Assembly: GCA_041649155.1 (NCBI GenBank) | Contig: JBAZNP010000001.1 | Span: forward strand, 302,564 to 366,563 | Source of the DNA: Patescibacteria group bacterium | GTDB taxonomy: Bacteria > Patescibacteriota > UBA1384 > XYA2-FULL-43-10 > 1-14-0-10-43-13 | Reading direction: 5' to 3' | DNA length: 64,000 nucleotides | Part shown: positions 1 through 10,071 of the stretch, in pieces | Numbering within the stretch: the stretch's first letter is position 1 | Layout: each line of letters starts with the position of its first letter | Position numbers and translations under genes: made by a program | Notes under the pieces: generated by a model | The model's database searches: none | Told to the model about the DNA's origin: nothing | Seen by the model: only the letters and a program-made list of their open reading frames with translations

Positions 1-1047
1 GGCCGTAAATCAAAATTATTTTCGATTTTCTTTGCAATTTCTTCATCTGAAATCTTACCAGTTTCAAAGCTATTCACATAGACAGAAAGTGGTTCTGGCT
101 TTCCAATTGCATAAGCAAGCTGCACTTCACATTTATCAGCCAAACCGGAGGCAACAATACTTTTTGCCACCCATCTGGCTGAATATGCTCCAGAACGGTC
201 AACTTTTGAGGGATCCTTACCAGAAAAAGCACCGCCGCCATGACGGGCATAGCCGCCGTATGTATCGACAATTATCTTTCGACCAGTCAAGCCAGTGTCC
301 CCTTCCGGACCGCCGATTACAAATTTACCGGTTGTATTAACGTATATCTTAGTTTTTGAGTCAATTTTGTAGCCATAATCACGAAGAACAGGTTCAATAA
401 CTTTATGAGTTATCTCCTCTTTTAATTTCTTCTGCTCCTTATATTCATCATGCTGAGTGGCAACAAGCACAGTATCAATTCTTGCAGGTTTGCCGTCTAT
501 GTATTCAACCGTCACCTGAGTCTTGCCATCTGGCCGGAGACCTTTAACTATGTTTTTTTTGCGAACTTCAGCTAGTCTCTGGGCTATTCTTTGAGCTAAA
601 ATAATAGGAAGGGGCATAAGCTCCGGAGTTTCATTGCAAGCATAGCCAAACATGAGACCTTGATCGCCAGCACCCAGATGCTCCAAATCTTCTTTTACAA
701 TTTTACCGCTTTCTAATTTTTTAAAGCTATCAACACCTTGAGCTATGTCAGAAGACTGTTCTTTAATGGCGGTCATAACGCCAGAAGTCTGATGATGAAA
801 ACCACAACCATCGTAACCGATATCTTTAATTACCCCTCTGGCGATTTTTGCCATATCAACATAGGCATTTGTTGTAACCTCACCGGCAATGATACAAACC
901 CCATTAGTAAGTAATGTTTCAACTGCCACTCTAGATTTTTCGTCCTTTTCCAACAACGCATCCAAAATAGCATCGGAGATTTGATCAGCCATTTTGTCAG
1001 GATGTCCTTCTGTTACCGATTCAGAAGTAAAAAGTCTCTTTTCCATA
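1..1047 (-). CDS. metK: S-adenosylmethionine synthetase (MetK), C-terminus truncated by the window start
   Basis: My own reverse-strand translation gives the N-terminus [31 protein letters not shown] and the internal signature [21 protein letters not shown]. The gene is absent from the ORF track because it runs off the window edge. Confidence 0.9.
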
Positions 1048-1049
1048 TG

Positions 1050-1212
1050 CTTTCCTTTCAAAAAAACACGCCATCGGCGTGAAATTAATTATCTTGCCTT
1101 AAGGCTTGGACTTAGCACCTTGTCCTGACTTGTTCAGGATAATCCTGAGCATCGTCGAAGGACGGGTTGCTGGACGGTCACAGGGCCAATTCCCTACCGT
1201 CACTCTTGATAA
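1050..1212 (-). promoter_or_regulatory. SAM-I (S-box) riboswitch aptamer plus intrinsic terminator in the metK 5' leader
   Basis: Reverse complement reads UUAUCAAGAGUGACGGUAGGGAAUUGGCCCUGUGACCGUCCAGCAACC...GGUGCUAAGUCCAAGCCUUAAGGCAAGAUAA. This matches the SAM-I consensus: a P1 helix UUAUC/GAUAA, GGCCC...GCAACC and GGUGCUAA. A perfect hairpin CACGCCGAUGGCGUG followed by UUUUUUU lies just before the RBS AAAGGAAAG. Confidence 0.75.
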
Positions 1213-1241
1213 ATATATTCAGTTGTTAATGTTATGGTAAC
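1212..1241 (-). promoter_or_regulatory. Possible sigma70-like promoter for metK (TTACCA-17-TATATT)
   Basis: Hexamers read on the minus strand and placed just upstream of the riboswitch 5' end. The match to consensus is weak. Confidence 0.25.
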
Positions 1242-1331
1242 AGACATTGAGCTTCTGAGTCAACTTGTCTGATCTTGTCTAATCATTTTTTTTACTGTAC
1301 CTTTAAATTAGAAATTTAATTGCACATATTC

Positions 1332-2021
1332 ATGAAACTAGCCATTGTTATACCAGCCTATAACGAAGAAAAAACCCTGCAGAAAGTCTTAGATTCCATT
1401 CCTTGGAATATTTTAGGGATCAAAGAAGTAGTCACCATTGTAATCGATGATGGGTCTACCGACAAAACTTACGAGATAGCAAAAATTCATGCCACATATA
1501 CTCTAAAACATGTGATAAACCTTGGAGTGGGAGCAGCGACTATCACGGGAATTGAAATGGCAAAAAAACTAGGAAACGATATTGTCGTTACAATGGATGC
1601 TGACGGACAGCACAATGCCATGGATTTGCCAAAACTGATTAAACCAATAATCGACGGTGAAGCTGATATAGTGATTGGAAGCAGAATGTTTAATGTACAA
1701 GGAATGCCACATTTAAAAATCTTTGGCAACTGGATGATGAATTTTATCACTTTAATTATTTTTCGTAGATGGGTCACAGATTCACAATCAGGCATGAAAG
1801 CATTATCTGCTAGAGCCCTAAAAAACATGAGGCTACACTCAAAGGGTTATGAAATTTGTTCTGAAATAATCGGTGACGCCAAAGAAAAAAGGCTAAAACT
1901 AGTTGAAATACCGATTGAAACTATATATTCCAAGTACTCAAAAACAAAAGGTCAGAATGTTTTCAATGCAGTGAACATATTTACTCGAATACTATTTTTT
2001 AAAGTCACTGGGAGAAAATAA
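1332..2021 (+). CDS. GT2 glycosyltransferase, polyprenol-phosphate sugar synthase (DPM synthase/GtrB-like)
   Basis: N-terminal VIPAYNEE...DDGSTD and DADGQH motifs typical of GT2 DPM synthase-like enzymes. The track ORF at 1320 starts with TTG; ATG at 1332 is the more likely start. Confidence 0.8.
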   Translation: MKLAIVIPAYNEEKTLQKVLDSIPWNILGIKEVVTIVIDDGSTDKTYEIAKIHATYTLKHVINLGVGAATITGIEMAKKLGNDIVVTMDADGQHNAMDLPKLIKPIIDGEADIVIGSRMFNVQGMPHLKIFGNWMMNFITLIIFRRWVTDSQSGMKALSARALKNMRLHSKGYEICSEIIGDAKEKRLKLVEIPIETIYSKYSKTKGQNVFNAVNIFTRILFFKVTGRK

Positions 2022-2374
2022 TGATAATTATAGTAAAATTACTTTCAATAATTTTAGGATTAATGGTTATATCTAAAACCTACCATGATTTTAGAAAAAG
2101 CAGAGAAAGTATAACCATGTTCCTTTTCTGGACAATAGCATGGATAGGAATTATATTTGTTTCTCTCTTTCCAGAAATAGTTGATGAAATTATCAGCTTA
2201 TCACAAGGTCAAAGAATCGGAACTGGAACATTCTTCGGTATTGCAATAATATTTTTATTCTTTGTAATTTACCGAATTTACATAAAAGCTGACCGCATTG
2301 AAAGAGATCTTGCAGAAGTTGTGAGACAGGTCGCAATAAAGAAAACTAGCTCCATCAATCGGAGAAAGAAATGA
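2021..2374 (+). CDS. Small 3-TM membrane protein (DUF2304-like partner of polyprenol-P sugar synthases)
   Basis: 117 aa, hydrophobic. ATGA overlap with the upstream GT2 gene suggests translational coupling. Confidence 0.45.
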   Translation: MIIIVKLLSIILGLMVISKTYHDFRKSRESITMFLFWTIAWIGIIFVSLFPEIVDEIISLSQGQRIGTGTFFGIAIIFLFFVIYRIYIKADRIERDLAEVVRQVAIKKTSSINRRKK

Positions 2375-3384
2375 TCTCAATAGTAATCGTTGGCTATAAT
2401 AGCAAAAAATATCTACCAGACTGTTTGTTTAGTATTTTTAAATCCAAATATAATAAATTTCGAGTGATCTTCGTTGACAATCACTCATCGGATAATTCAT
2501 CTGAATATGTAAAGAAGGTATTTAAAGAAGTGGTGGTAATTGAAAGCGAAAAAAACCTGGGATTCGCTAGTGGAAATAATCTGGGAATCAAGAAGGCGTT
2601 AGAACTAAAATCGGATTATATTTTTCTACTAAATCCTGACACAGTCATCGATGAGGATTGCCTTTCAAGTCTCATAAAAAATGCAAACGACCGAACTATT
2701 TTGCAACCATTGATTTTATTGTTCAAGAATGGTAAAAAAACCAATATAGTAAATACTGCAGGAGGCTATTTAAACTTTCTGGGTTTCAGCTATTGTGGAG
2801 GTTATAAGAATCCTTCAAGTAATTTTCAATCCACTCAAGAAATTATTGTAGCAAGCGGTGCTGGTGTATTTATACCCAATAAGGTTTTTAAAGAAATCGG
2901 GGGGTTTGATGAACTTTTTTTTATGTATCATGAAGATGTTGATCTTTTCTGGAGAGCTAGGCTTGCCGGTTATAAGATAATGCTCCTTCCTTCAGCAAAA
3001 ATGTGGCATAAATATGAATTCTCTCGAAATAAAAAGAAATTCTTTTATTCAGAAAGAAATCGTTTGCTTTTTTTGTTTAAAAACTTCAGCATTAAAATGA
3101 TATTGGTGGTTTTACCTGCACTAATTATTAGTGATATATTGATGATTTTATTCTCGATTAAAGAAGGTTGGTTTGGTTACAAACTTAGATCATACTTTAG
3201 CCTCATTTCTCTTTTCCCGCACGTCGTAAAAGAAAGAATGATTACGAAACACAAAGTTTCTTACCATGATTTAAAATTACTAATTGATTCAGAAATTTCT
3301 TTTTCAGAAGTTAAGATTCCCGCCTTAAAACTATATAATCTGTTTAATACCTATTATTGGTCAACCGTTAAGAAATTAATTTAG
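2371..3384 (+). CDS. GT2 family glycosyltransferase
   Basis: ISIVIVGYNS...FVDNHSSD...DED motifs and a C-terminal membrane segment. Overlaps the upstream gene by 4 nt. Confidence 0.8.
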   Translation: MISIVIVGYNSKKYLPDCLFSIFKSKYNKFRVIFVDNHSSDNSSEYVKKVFKEVVVIESEKNLGFASGNNLGIKKALELKSDYIFLLNPDTVIDEDCLSSLIKNANDRTILQPLILLFKNGKKTNIVNTAGGYLNFLGFSYCGGYKNPSSNFQSTQEIIVASGAGVFIPNKVFKEIGGFDELFFMYHEDVDLFWRARLAGYKIMLLPSAKMWHKYEFSRNKKKFFYSERNRLLFLFKNFSIKMILVVLPALIISDILMILFSIKEGWFGYKLRSYFSLISLFPHVVKERMITKHKVSYHDLKLLIDSEISFSEVKIPALKLYNLFNTYYWSTVKKLI

Positions 3385-3390
3385 AGCAAG

Positions 3391-4530
3391 ATGAGCAAAG
3401 AAAAGAAAACTAGAATCGCCCATGTTTCAGCTGTTTTTGTAAGAAATGGAGGCGGAACCGGCCAAGCATGCTATCAGTTGGTCTCAAAATTGAATAAAAT
3501 GCCTGACTTAGAAGTTGAGGTTTTTTTGCCCGCATCTCAAAAACAAAGTTCTGAAATTGAAAAAGAAGTAAAGATAAACTACATCGAACCTCATTTCTCA
3601 TTCGGCAACAGTGCCCTTATTCCCCGATTAACCAATCAGCTTAAAGGTTTTGACATTATTCATTTGCATTATCCTTTTTTCGGTGGAGCAGAATATGTTC
3701 AAAAAGCCTCTTCAAAATTTGATATTCCCTATATAATCACTTTTCACACTGATACTGTTTTCCAAAGCATCGTTCTGACAACAATTTTAAAGATTTATAA
3801 TTTTATTTACCAAAAAAAGATTATTAGTGATGCTACTAAAGTAATTGGGGTTACTAAGTCCCATTTAAATAGCTCTTCTATAGCCAATCTCGCAAATAAG
3901 GCCAAAAAAGTTTTTATTCCGAATGGTGTTGCTGACATTTTTTTCACCAAGCAAAGATTCAAGCAACAAATCAACAAAAACAAAGCATGTTTAACTCTCG
4001 GATTTTGCTCTGTTATTGATAACGCACATTATTATAAAGGCTTAGAGATATTAATGGAGGCTATTAAGGATATTGATGCAAAATTATTAATTTGCGGTGA
4101 CGGCAATCTCTTGTCTCACTACAAAAAAGTTTCTTATGGTCTTGGAGTCAATGCTAAATGCCATTTTCTTGGTGCACTGGAGAGCGAAAAACTAGTTGAT
4201 TTTTATGATTCTATAGATATTTTAGTTTCGCCTTCGACAATTGCTGAATCGTTTTCAATAGTCAATATTGAATCTCTCTCTAGGGGAAAACCTATAATCA
4301 CCGCTTCTTGGCCAGCTACAAAAGAGATCGCACAATCTTTTCCTGCAGGTTATTATAATCTACTAACCGAAATTACTCCAAAGGCAATTGAAAATAAAAT
4401 CAATGAAGTTGCTTCTAATTTAGAGAGTTTTAAGCCGCAAGAAGCTTTGGTGATTAATGTGACCCGCGATCAATATAATTGGGGAAATATATCAAAAAAA
4501 ATAGTTAGGGAGTATCTTAATGTTCATTAA
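3391..4530 (+). CDS. GT4 family glycosyltransferase (GT-B retaining type)
   Basis: 379 aa. Architecture and a C-terminal EX7E-like region (ESFSIVNIESLSRGKP) match GT4. Confidence 0.7.
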   Translation: MSKEKKTRIAHVSAVFVRNGGGTGQACYQLVSKLNKMPDLEVEVFLPASQKQSSEIEKEVKINYIEPHFSFGNSALIPRLTNQLKGFDIIHLHYPFFGGAEYVQKASSKFDIPYIITFHTDTVFQSIVLTTILKIYNFIYQKKIISDATKVIGVTKSHLNSSSIANLANKAKKVFIPNGVADIFFTKQRFKQQINKNKACLTLGFCSVIDNAHYYKGLEILMEAIKDIDAKLLICGDGNLLSHYKKVSYGLGVNAKCHFLGALESEKLVDFYDSIDILVSPSTIAESFSIVNIESLSRGKPIITASWPATKEIAQSFPAGYYNLLTEITPKAIENKINEVASNLESFKPQEALVINVTRDQYNWGNISKKIVREYLNVH

Positions 4531-6445
4531 TCTTCAAGACATATTCGCAATTTGCAAAATATTTTTAATACTATTTTTGAGTTGTTTTGCGTTTTACTAC
4601 CCGCTCGTTTTTCTAACTAAAAATAGAAAGATATCTGCTGGTCTATCAATACCCATATCCTTGTCATTTGAAATAATTATTGGTTATATTTTTTATACTC
4701 TTGGAACCATCAAACAGTTTCCTATATACTACTTACTTTTAATCATTGTTCTTAACATAGTTTTTACCATTCTAATTAGGCAAAAAAGAATTGTGATTAA
4801 AGAAAAGGTTATAAACCTTAACTATAAGAACTTTTTCTTGATGGCCATGTTGGCAATACCAGTACTATTCACGCGTTTTTATGATGCCATTAAAAATGTT
4901 GCTCCAGGCGGTATCGATACGTTTGCTCACATCGCTCTGCTAAAGCAACTAGATGAAATCGGTTACTTGGGTGATACTTTTTATGCTCCAGGTTTTCACC
5001 TGATCATGTATCCCCTCACAAGATTTGTAGACTATGCTGACATTTATCGATTTGCAGGCCCCGCGATAGGAGTAATAATCGTTTTATCTTTTTGGCTGAT
5101 TATGAGATTAATCCTTAAAAATAAGATTGTCTTAGTTGTTGCTGTGTTATTATTATGCCTTCCGGTTTTCAATCAATTAATTCTTCAAATGATCTATTTT
5201 TTTCCTTCAGCTCTAACATTCACATTTTTACTCGGTTCAATTTATCTTCTCCTTTCTCCTAAAGAACTTTCTACAAAATTGAAACTACTGCTCTACTTAA
5301 TCATTTCTATTGGGATATCATTTTCTGTGCCTTATTTTTTTATTGAATATATCGTAGCAATTTTAGCTTTAGTTATTATTTCGATTTTTGCCTCATTTCG
5401 CGATCCTAAATACAAAAAGTTTCTATTCATTGTCTTTTTTATAATATCTTGTTTCGGACTATTTCTTTCTTTAGGTCATGTTTATCTGCAGACGAAACTT
5501 CATAAAGGAGGTTTCCCCGAAATTGCAATTGCCAAAAATCAAGGAGGAAAAATTGTTAGCAGTATAAATACCGATATAGATGATGCTAAGACAGATAATA
5601 AATTAGGACTAGTAGCAAAAAACAGCTTTAATGTTTGCGCCTTCTTATCAAAAGGACTTTTTGCAAAAAAATATCTTTTTCCTGTTTGCCAGACAGGGAA
5701 AGATGTATTAAATATCAAAAATATTCGTGAGCCAGCAGGTTTACTATCTGTGGGAGCCTATTTATGGATTGTTGTTTCGTTGCTTATGCTTTTTTATGGA
5801 ATAAAGAGACGAGACCAGAAGAAAGTCGTTTTTGCTGTTTTTAGCTTGGTTTACGGAATATCAACCCAAACTGGAATTTTAGAAATGAGCTATTATCGCG
5901 GTCGTAGCGGCTGGTATCTTCTCTTTCTGTCGATATTAGGCATATCATCTATAATAGATGAATTACCGCTGAAGAAAATTTCAAAACCAGTATGCTTTTT
6001 TTCTATTCTATTATACCTTCTCGCCTTCACATCTCCACCTGTTTTTTATCGTGCCTATTTCACAGAACCGTTTCTTGTCGCATACAACGCAATAAAAGAA
6101 AACCCTCAAGACAAATTAGTATTCATCACAAATCAGAAAAATTTAACCTTATTGTCAGACAATGTTTCTGTGCTAAACTTACAAAAAACCTCGCTTAATC
6201 AAATAAGTTCAAAAGAGAAAGCATTTGTTGTGTTAGATAAGAAATTCTTTCAAAAAGATCCCGTTCTCTCTCAACAAGCATTATCAATTGATAAGGGATA
6301 TAAACAATTTAGTTCGCAACAAAAACTCCAACAAAAAATACAAGAAAACACTAATTCAGAAATAAAATCCTCCCTTGAATTTTCCAATTATGCGATCTAC
6401 TGGGAAAACGATAATATAGAAGTTTATCAACTAAAGAAAGAGTAA
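4520..6445 (+). CDS. Polytopic membrane protein, putative GT-C fold glycosyltransferase (ArnT/PMT-like) using a polyprenol-P-sugar donor
   Basis: 641 aa with ~11-13 predicted TM helices followed by a soluble C-terminal domain. The context (GT2 polyprenol-P sugar synthase plus small membrane protein upstream) supports the call. No motif-level proof. Confidence 0.4.
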   Translation: MFINLQDIFAICKIFLILFLSCFAFYYPLVFLTKNRKISAGLSIPISLSFEIIIGYIFYTLGTIKQFPIYYLLLIIVLNIVFTILIRQKRIVIKEKVINLNYKNFFLMAMLAIPVLFTRFYDAIKNVAPGGIDTFAHIALLKQLDEIGYLGDTFYAPGFHLIMYPLTRFVDYADIYRFAGPAIGVIIVLSFWLIMRLILKNKIVLVVAVLLLCLPVFNQLILQMIYFFPSALTFTFLLGSIYLLLSPKELSTKLKLLLYLIISIGISFSVPYFFIEYIVAILALVIISIFASFRDPKYKKFLFIVFFIISCFGLFLSLGHVYLQTKLHKGGFPEIAIAKNQGGKIVSSINTDIDDAKTDNKLGLVAKNSFNVCAFLSKGLFAKKYLFPVCQTGKDVLNIKNIREPAGLLSVGAYLWIVVSLLMLFYGIKRRDQKKVVFAVFSLVYGISTQTGILEMSYYRGRSGWYLLFLSILGISSIIDELPLKKISKPVCFFSILLYLLAFTSPPVFYRAYFTEPFLVAYNAIKENPQDKLVFITNQKNLTLLSDNVSVLNLQKTSLNQISSKEKAFVVLDKKFFQKDPVLSQQALSIDKGYKQFSSQQKLQQKIQENTNSEIKSSLEFSNYAIYWENDNIEVYQLKKE

Positions 6446-6450
6446 AAAAA

Positions 6451-7251
6451 ATGAAACTAACAATTGTAACACCGAGCTATAATCAAGGACAATTTATTTC
6501 CGATACACTTCAAAGTATTTTGAGGCAGGAATTAGATTTTGAATTAGAGTACCTTATATTTGATGCTGTCTCAACAGACGATACTAAAGAAATAGTTTCT
6601 AAGTACTCCCAGAAATTTAAGAAAAAAGACATCGACTTTAGATTTATTTCGGAAAAAGATAAAGGGCAATCTGATGCAATTAATAAGGGTTGGAAAGTAG
6701 CAACCGGCGATATTATTACCTATATTAATTCCGATGATTATTATGAGCCAAATGCTTTAGCACGGGTTATTAGATATTTTCAGGCCAATCCAGAAATTAA
6801 CTGGGCTTATGGCGGTTGCAATTTAGTTAGCGAGAATGGCCATGTTTATTCCACATCAAAACCAAAAAAATATTCAAAAAACCAACTATTAAATTACTGT
6901 AATATTCCTCAACCAGCCTGTTTTTTTAGAAAAAAGACATTGAAGCAATGTGGTATGATGCGAGAGGACTTACACTTAGGAATGGATTATGATCTTTGGC
7001 TACGATTTGCAGAAAAATATCCTGCTGGAATAATGGATTTTGTTGTAGCAAACATGCGCCATCAATCCAGCGGGAAAACTGGCAGTCAATCAATGGCCAG
7101 CTTAAAAACTGTATATGCTTTAGCAAAACAACATTCCACTCCTTACAGCTGGCGCCGATTATCTCAAAGTTATTATTTTATGAGAGGCTGGTTAGTAACA
7201 AAGTTTGGTTTAGATATAACAAAAAGGATTGAAAAGAGCTCAAAAAAATAA
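6451..7251 (+). CDS. GT2 family glycosyltransferase
   Basis: LTIVTPSYNQGQFI...SDD motifs. Confidence 0.8.
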   Translation: MKLTIVTPSYNQGQFISDTLQSILRQELDFELEYLIFDAVSTDDTKEIVSKYSQKFKKKDIDFRFISEKDKGQSDAINKGWKVATGDIITYINSDDYYEPNALARVIRYFQANPEINWAYGGCNLVSENGHVYSTSKPKKYSKNQLLNYCNIPQPACFFRKKTLKQCGMMREDLHLGMDYDLWLRFAEKYPAGIMDFVVANMRHQSSGKTGSQSMASLKTVYALAKQHSTPYSWRRLSQSYYFMRGWLVTKFGLDITKRIEKSSKK

Positions 7252-7254
7252 TGC

Positions 7255-7283
7255 TTGACTACTAGTTTCCGGTTAAGATAATA
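7255..7283 (+). promoter_or_regulatory. Sigma70-like promoter TTGACT-17-ATAATA
   Basis: Located immediately upstream of the 7312 CDS, whose start is preceded by a GGGAG ribosome-binding site. Confidence 0.35.
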
Positions 7284-7311
7284 TGTTTTTATTAAAAATG
7301 GGAGAAAAAAT

Positions 7312-8397
7312 ATGAAAAAGAGCGCACTCGTCTGTGGAGCAGGTGGATTCATCGGCAGCCATTTAGTTAAATTTTTAAAAAATGAAGGATTTTGGGTTAG
7401 AGGAGTAGATATAAAAAAACCAGAATTTAGTGATAGCGCAGCCGATGAATTTATCATCGGCGACCTTAGAGATCAAATGGTTTGTAGAAAGATACTAGAT
7501 ATGCCTTTCGATGAAGTATATCAACTAGCTGCAGATATGGGCGGTGCTGGATACATTTTCTCCGGAGAACACGACGCTGATGTAATGCACAACTCTGCTC
7601 AAATCAATTTGAACATAGTAGATCTAAGCCAGAAAATGAAAGTTAAGAAGATATTTTACTCATCCTCAGCCTGTATTTATCCTGCTTACAATCAAACAGA
7701 CCCAAACAATCCGAAATGCTCTGAGGAATCTGCCTATCCGGCTGCACCAGATAGCGAATATGGCTGGGAAAAGCTTTTTAGCGAGAGAATGTATCTTTCT
7801 TATCACCGTAACTATAATCTGAATATACGTATCGCTAGATTCCATAATATCTTCGGCCCAGAGGGTTCATGGAATAACGGAAAAGAAAAAGCTCCTGCAG
7901 CAATCTGCCGCAAAGTGGCAGAAGCTAAAGATGGAGGAGAAATAGAAATTTGGGGCGATGGCAAACAAACACGTTCCTTTCTTTATATTGATGAATGTCT
8001 TAAAGGGATTAGACGGCTCATGGATTCCGACTTTATTGGTCCAGTTAATATTGGATCTGAAGAAATGGTTACTATAAACCAATTAGCTGAAATGGCTATG
8101 AGTATTGCTGGGAAAAAATTGAAATTCAAACACATTTCGGGACCGCTCGGAGTCAGAGGAAGAAATTCGGATAACAATCTAATAAATAAAAAAATAAATT
8201 GGGCTCCTTCTGAACCACTTCGAGCAGGACTTGAGAAAACTTACAGATGGATTAACGCTAATGTAATTGCTAGTGATATAAATGCGCTTTGGATAAAAAA
8301 GCTAAAAAATGCGAACACTGATCCTAACAGCATCAGTTTGATATTAGGCCCGTCGGGTACGCAAGTCGCTCTTTTGGGAGATAACATAAATCAATAA
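7312..8397 (+). CDS. NAD-dependent nucleotide-sugar epimerase/dehydratase (extended SDR)
   Basis: N-terminal GAGGFIGSHL Rossmann motif and YxxxK region. 361 aa. Confidence 0.75.
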   Translation: MKKSALVCGAGGFIGSHLVKFLKNEGFWVRGVDIKKPEFSDSAADEFIIGDLRDQMVCRKILDMPFDEVYQLAADMGGAGYIFSGEHDADVMHNSAQINLNIVDLSQKMKVKKIFYSSSACIYPAYNQTDPNNPKCSEESAYPAAPDSEYGWEKLFSERMYLSYHRNYNLNIRIARFHNIFGPEGSWNNGKEKAPAAICRKVAEAKDGGEIEIWGDGKQTRSFLYIDECLKGIRRLMDSDFIGPVNIGSEEMVTINQLAEMAMSIAGKKLKFKHISGPLGVRGRNSDNNLINKKINWAPSEPLRAGLEKTYRWINANVIASDINALWIKKLKNANTDPNSISLILGPSGTQVALLGDNINQ

Positions 8398-8522
8398 TTT
8401 CTTGGAATCTACTTGAAAAGCCAGTTCTTCGATTAAAAAACTTAATATAATATAATGAGTTCTTTAGTTTTTTTACTAAGAAGAATTTTAAAGGAAAATA
8501 TTGCTGAAACCACCAACTGAGC

Positions 8523-9224
8523 TTATTTTTTCCTTAATGAGCGTTTGAAATTCTTAATATCATATGTAGACGAGTAGTTCTCCTTAAGCCATGTGATGTC
8601 TTTATTCCACCATTTGTTCTTTAGTAAGAATTCTATGTCTTTGTTGCTAAATCGATAGCGTATCAATTTAGCTGGAACACCGCCCATAATTGCGTAAGGG
8701 GGCACATCCTTCGTTACTACTGCCCCAGCTCCGATAATCGCTCCATCGCCTATTGTAACGCCATCCAGAACTATTGAATTTGCACCAATCCAAACATCAT
8801 TTCCAATTATTATTAATTTACTCTCTTCAAAGTGATCATTTTCGGCGAAGGACAAACCACACTGTTTTTTTGTAGAATAAAAAATTGGATGAGTAGAGAC
8901 ATAAACACTGGCCGGATGCATTCCTAGTCCACATTGAACGTTTTGAGCTATTGAACAAAATTTTCCTACTTTAGTATTAGCCATATTTGTATTACTTGAT
9001 ACATAAGTGAAATCTCCCAACTCCACTTTTGATAACAGGGAATAATCATATAACGTATTATTCTTCCCAAATTTACAATTATAAGCACAGGCCAAATAGC
9101 CTATTCTTAAATTTTGTCGTCTATACTTGAACTCTAGCAGTAAAGCGTTTAGTGAGCGCTTAACATAAACACTAAATGGATTTGTAATTAACTTATTCAT
9201 TGATATCCAGCCTTTCAAAAGCAT
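8523..9224 (-). CDS. Left-handed beta-helix (hexapeptide) acetyltransferase
   Basis: Hexapeptide repeats near the C-terminus: IIIGNDVWIGANSIVLDGVTIGDGAIIGAGAVV. Confidence 0.75.
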   Translation of the reverse strand: MLLKGWISMNKLITNPFSVYVKRSLNALLLEFKYRRQNLRIGYLACAYNCKFGKNNTLYDYSLLSKVELGDFTYVSSNTNMANTKVGKFCSIAQNVQCGLGMHPASVYVSTHPIFYSTKKQCGLSFAENDHFEESKLIIIGNDVWIGANSIVLDGVTIGDGAIIGAGAVVTKDVPPYAIMGGVPAKLIRYRFSNKDIEFLLKNKWWNKDITWLKENYSSTYDIKNFKRSLRKK

Positions 9225-10071
9225 CTATAAATGATTTTGGGCTAATATTATATACCTTTGTATTTAACTCTTTCGAGTACTTCTCTAATTCAATGTATGA
9301 TTTAAACATCCTAGAGAGGTCCCTAAAAAGATTGTACATTTGATAAGGTTTCGTTTCACCAGGATCTTCGTAGAAAAGTTGATGTTCAATTTTGTCCTTT
9401 TCATAAAATCGAGAATATTTCATATAAAGAGTATTGTCTTTGCTAATTTCTATGTTTTCATGCCAAGAATGGTCTGCTCCTGCAAGATAAATTTTTCTGA
9501 AACCAAGTTTCAGAGTGACAAAAACAGACATGACTAAAACATTCTGCGCTGATGGCATCGCCAAATCCAGATTATAGAAAAAATGTCTTAGTTTTTCAGA
9601 ACCATATACTTCGGTTGTATTGATATAGAAGATACTGATTCTAGGATTGAGTTCTGGAAGGTTCAAAAAATAATTCCATTTCCGGGCAGCCACCGGCAGA
9701 ATGAGTGTCATTTTCCAATCAGCCGTTTTCATTGAATCCAAACACTGCTCAAGTCTTTTTTTGTGCTTTTCTGAATTATCCTTTGACCAGAAAACAGGAT
9801 CCGCTAATACATAGTATCTTGGTTTTAATACCTTAAAGTCAGGTGAACCAGCAAAATCATTTACGCATAATAAATACTTATTTCTTAAAATTTTTTTCCC
9901 TTTAGTTAGCACATGGTTGAGCGAGGGTCCATTCCCTAAAATTACACATTGTTTTTTGGTGTTCTTTTTATTAGTTCTAATAGGCCTGACTAGTCTTGAA
10001 AATAATATTACTGCTACCGCTGATTTCAGTAAGTTGATCGGTCCTCTGACAATGCGAATAATTTTATCCAT
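9193..10071 (-). CDS. DUF115/MAF_flag10-like protein, putative nonulosonic-acid glycosyltransferase
   Basis: CVILGNGPSLN motif. Sits in a glycan cluster beside TagF-like genes. Weak assignment. Confidence 0.35.
   Translation of the reverse strand: MDKIIRIVRGPINLLKSAVAVILFSRLVRPIRTNKKNTKKQCVILGNGPSLNHVLTKGKKILRNKYLLCVNDFAGSPDFKVLKPRYYVLADPVFWSKDNSEKHKKRLEQCLDSMKTADWKMTLILPVAARKWNYFLNLPELNPRISIFYINTTEVYGSEKLRHFFYNLDLAMPSAQNVLVMSVFVTLKLGFRKIYLAGADHSWHENIEISKDNTLYMKYSRFYEKDKIEHQLFYEDPGETKPYQMYNLFRDLSRMFKSYIELEKYSKELNTKVYNISPKSFIDAFERLDINE

Noticed and set aside
32-340. Track ORFs 32..340 (+) and 74..271 (-).
   Set aside because: They lie within or antisense to the metK coding sequence. metK is strongly supported on the minus strand by the GAGDQG and GHPDK motifs. 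The small ORFs have no motifs and are treated as spurious.
5992-6198. ORF 5992..6198 (+) and similar short overlapping ORFs such as 1487..1828 (-), 13359..13676 (+) and 23096..23449 (+).
   Set aside because: They are alternative-frame or antisense ORFs inside well-supported longer genes. None has a motif or an RBS.
8398-8522. Possible terminator hairpin between convergent genes (TTCTTTAGT-TTTTTT-ACTAAGAAGAA).
   Set aside because: The stem is imperfect (one mismatch in 7) and there is no clear downstream U-run on either strand. Too weak to call.
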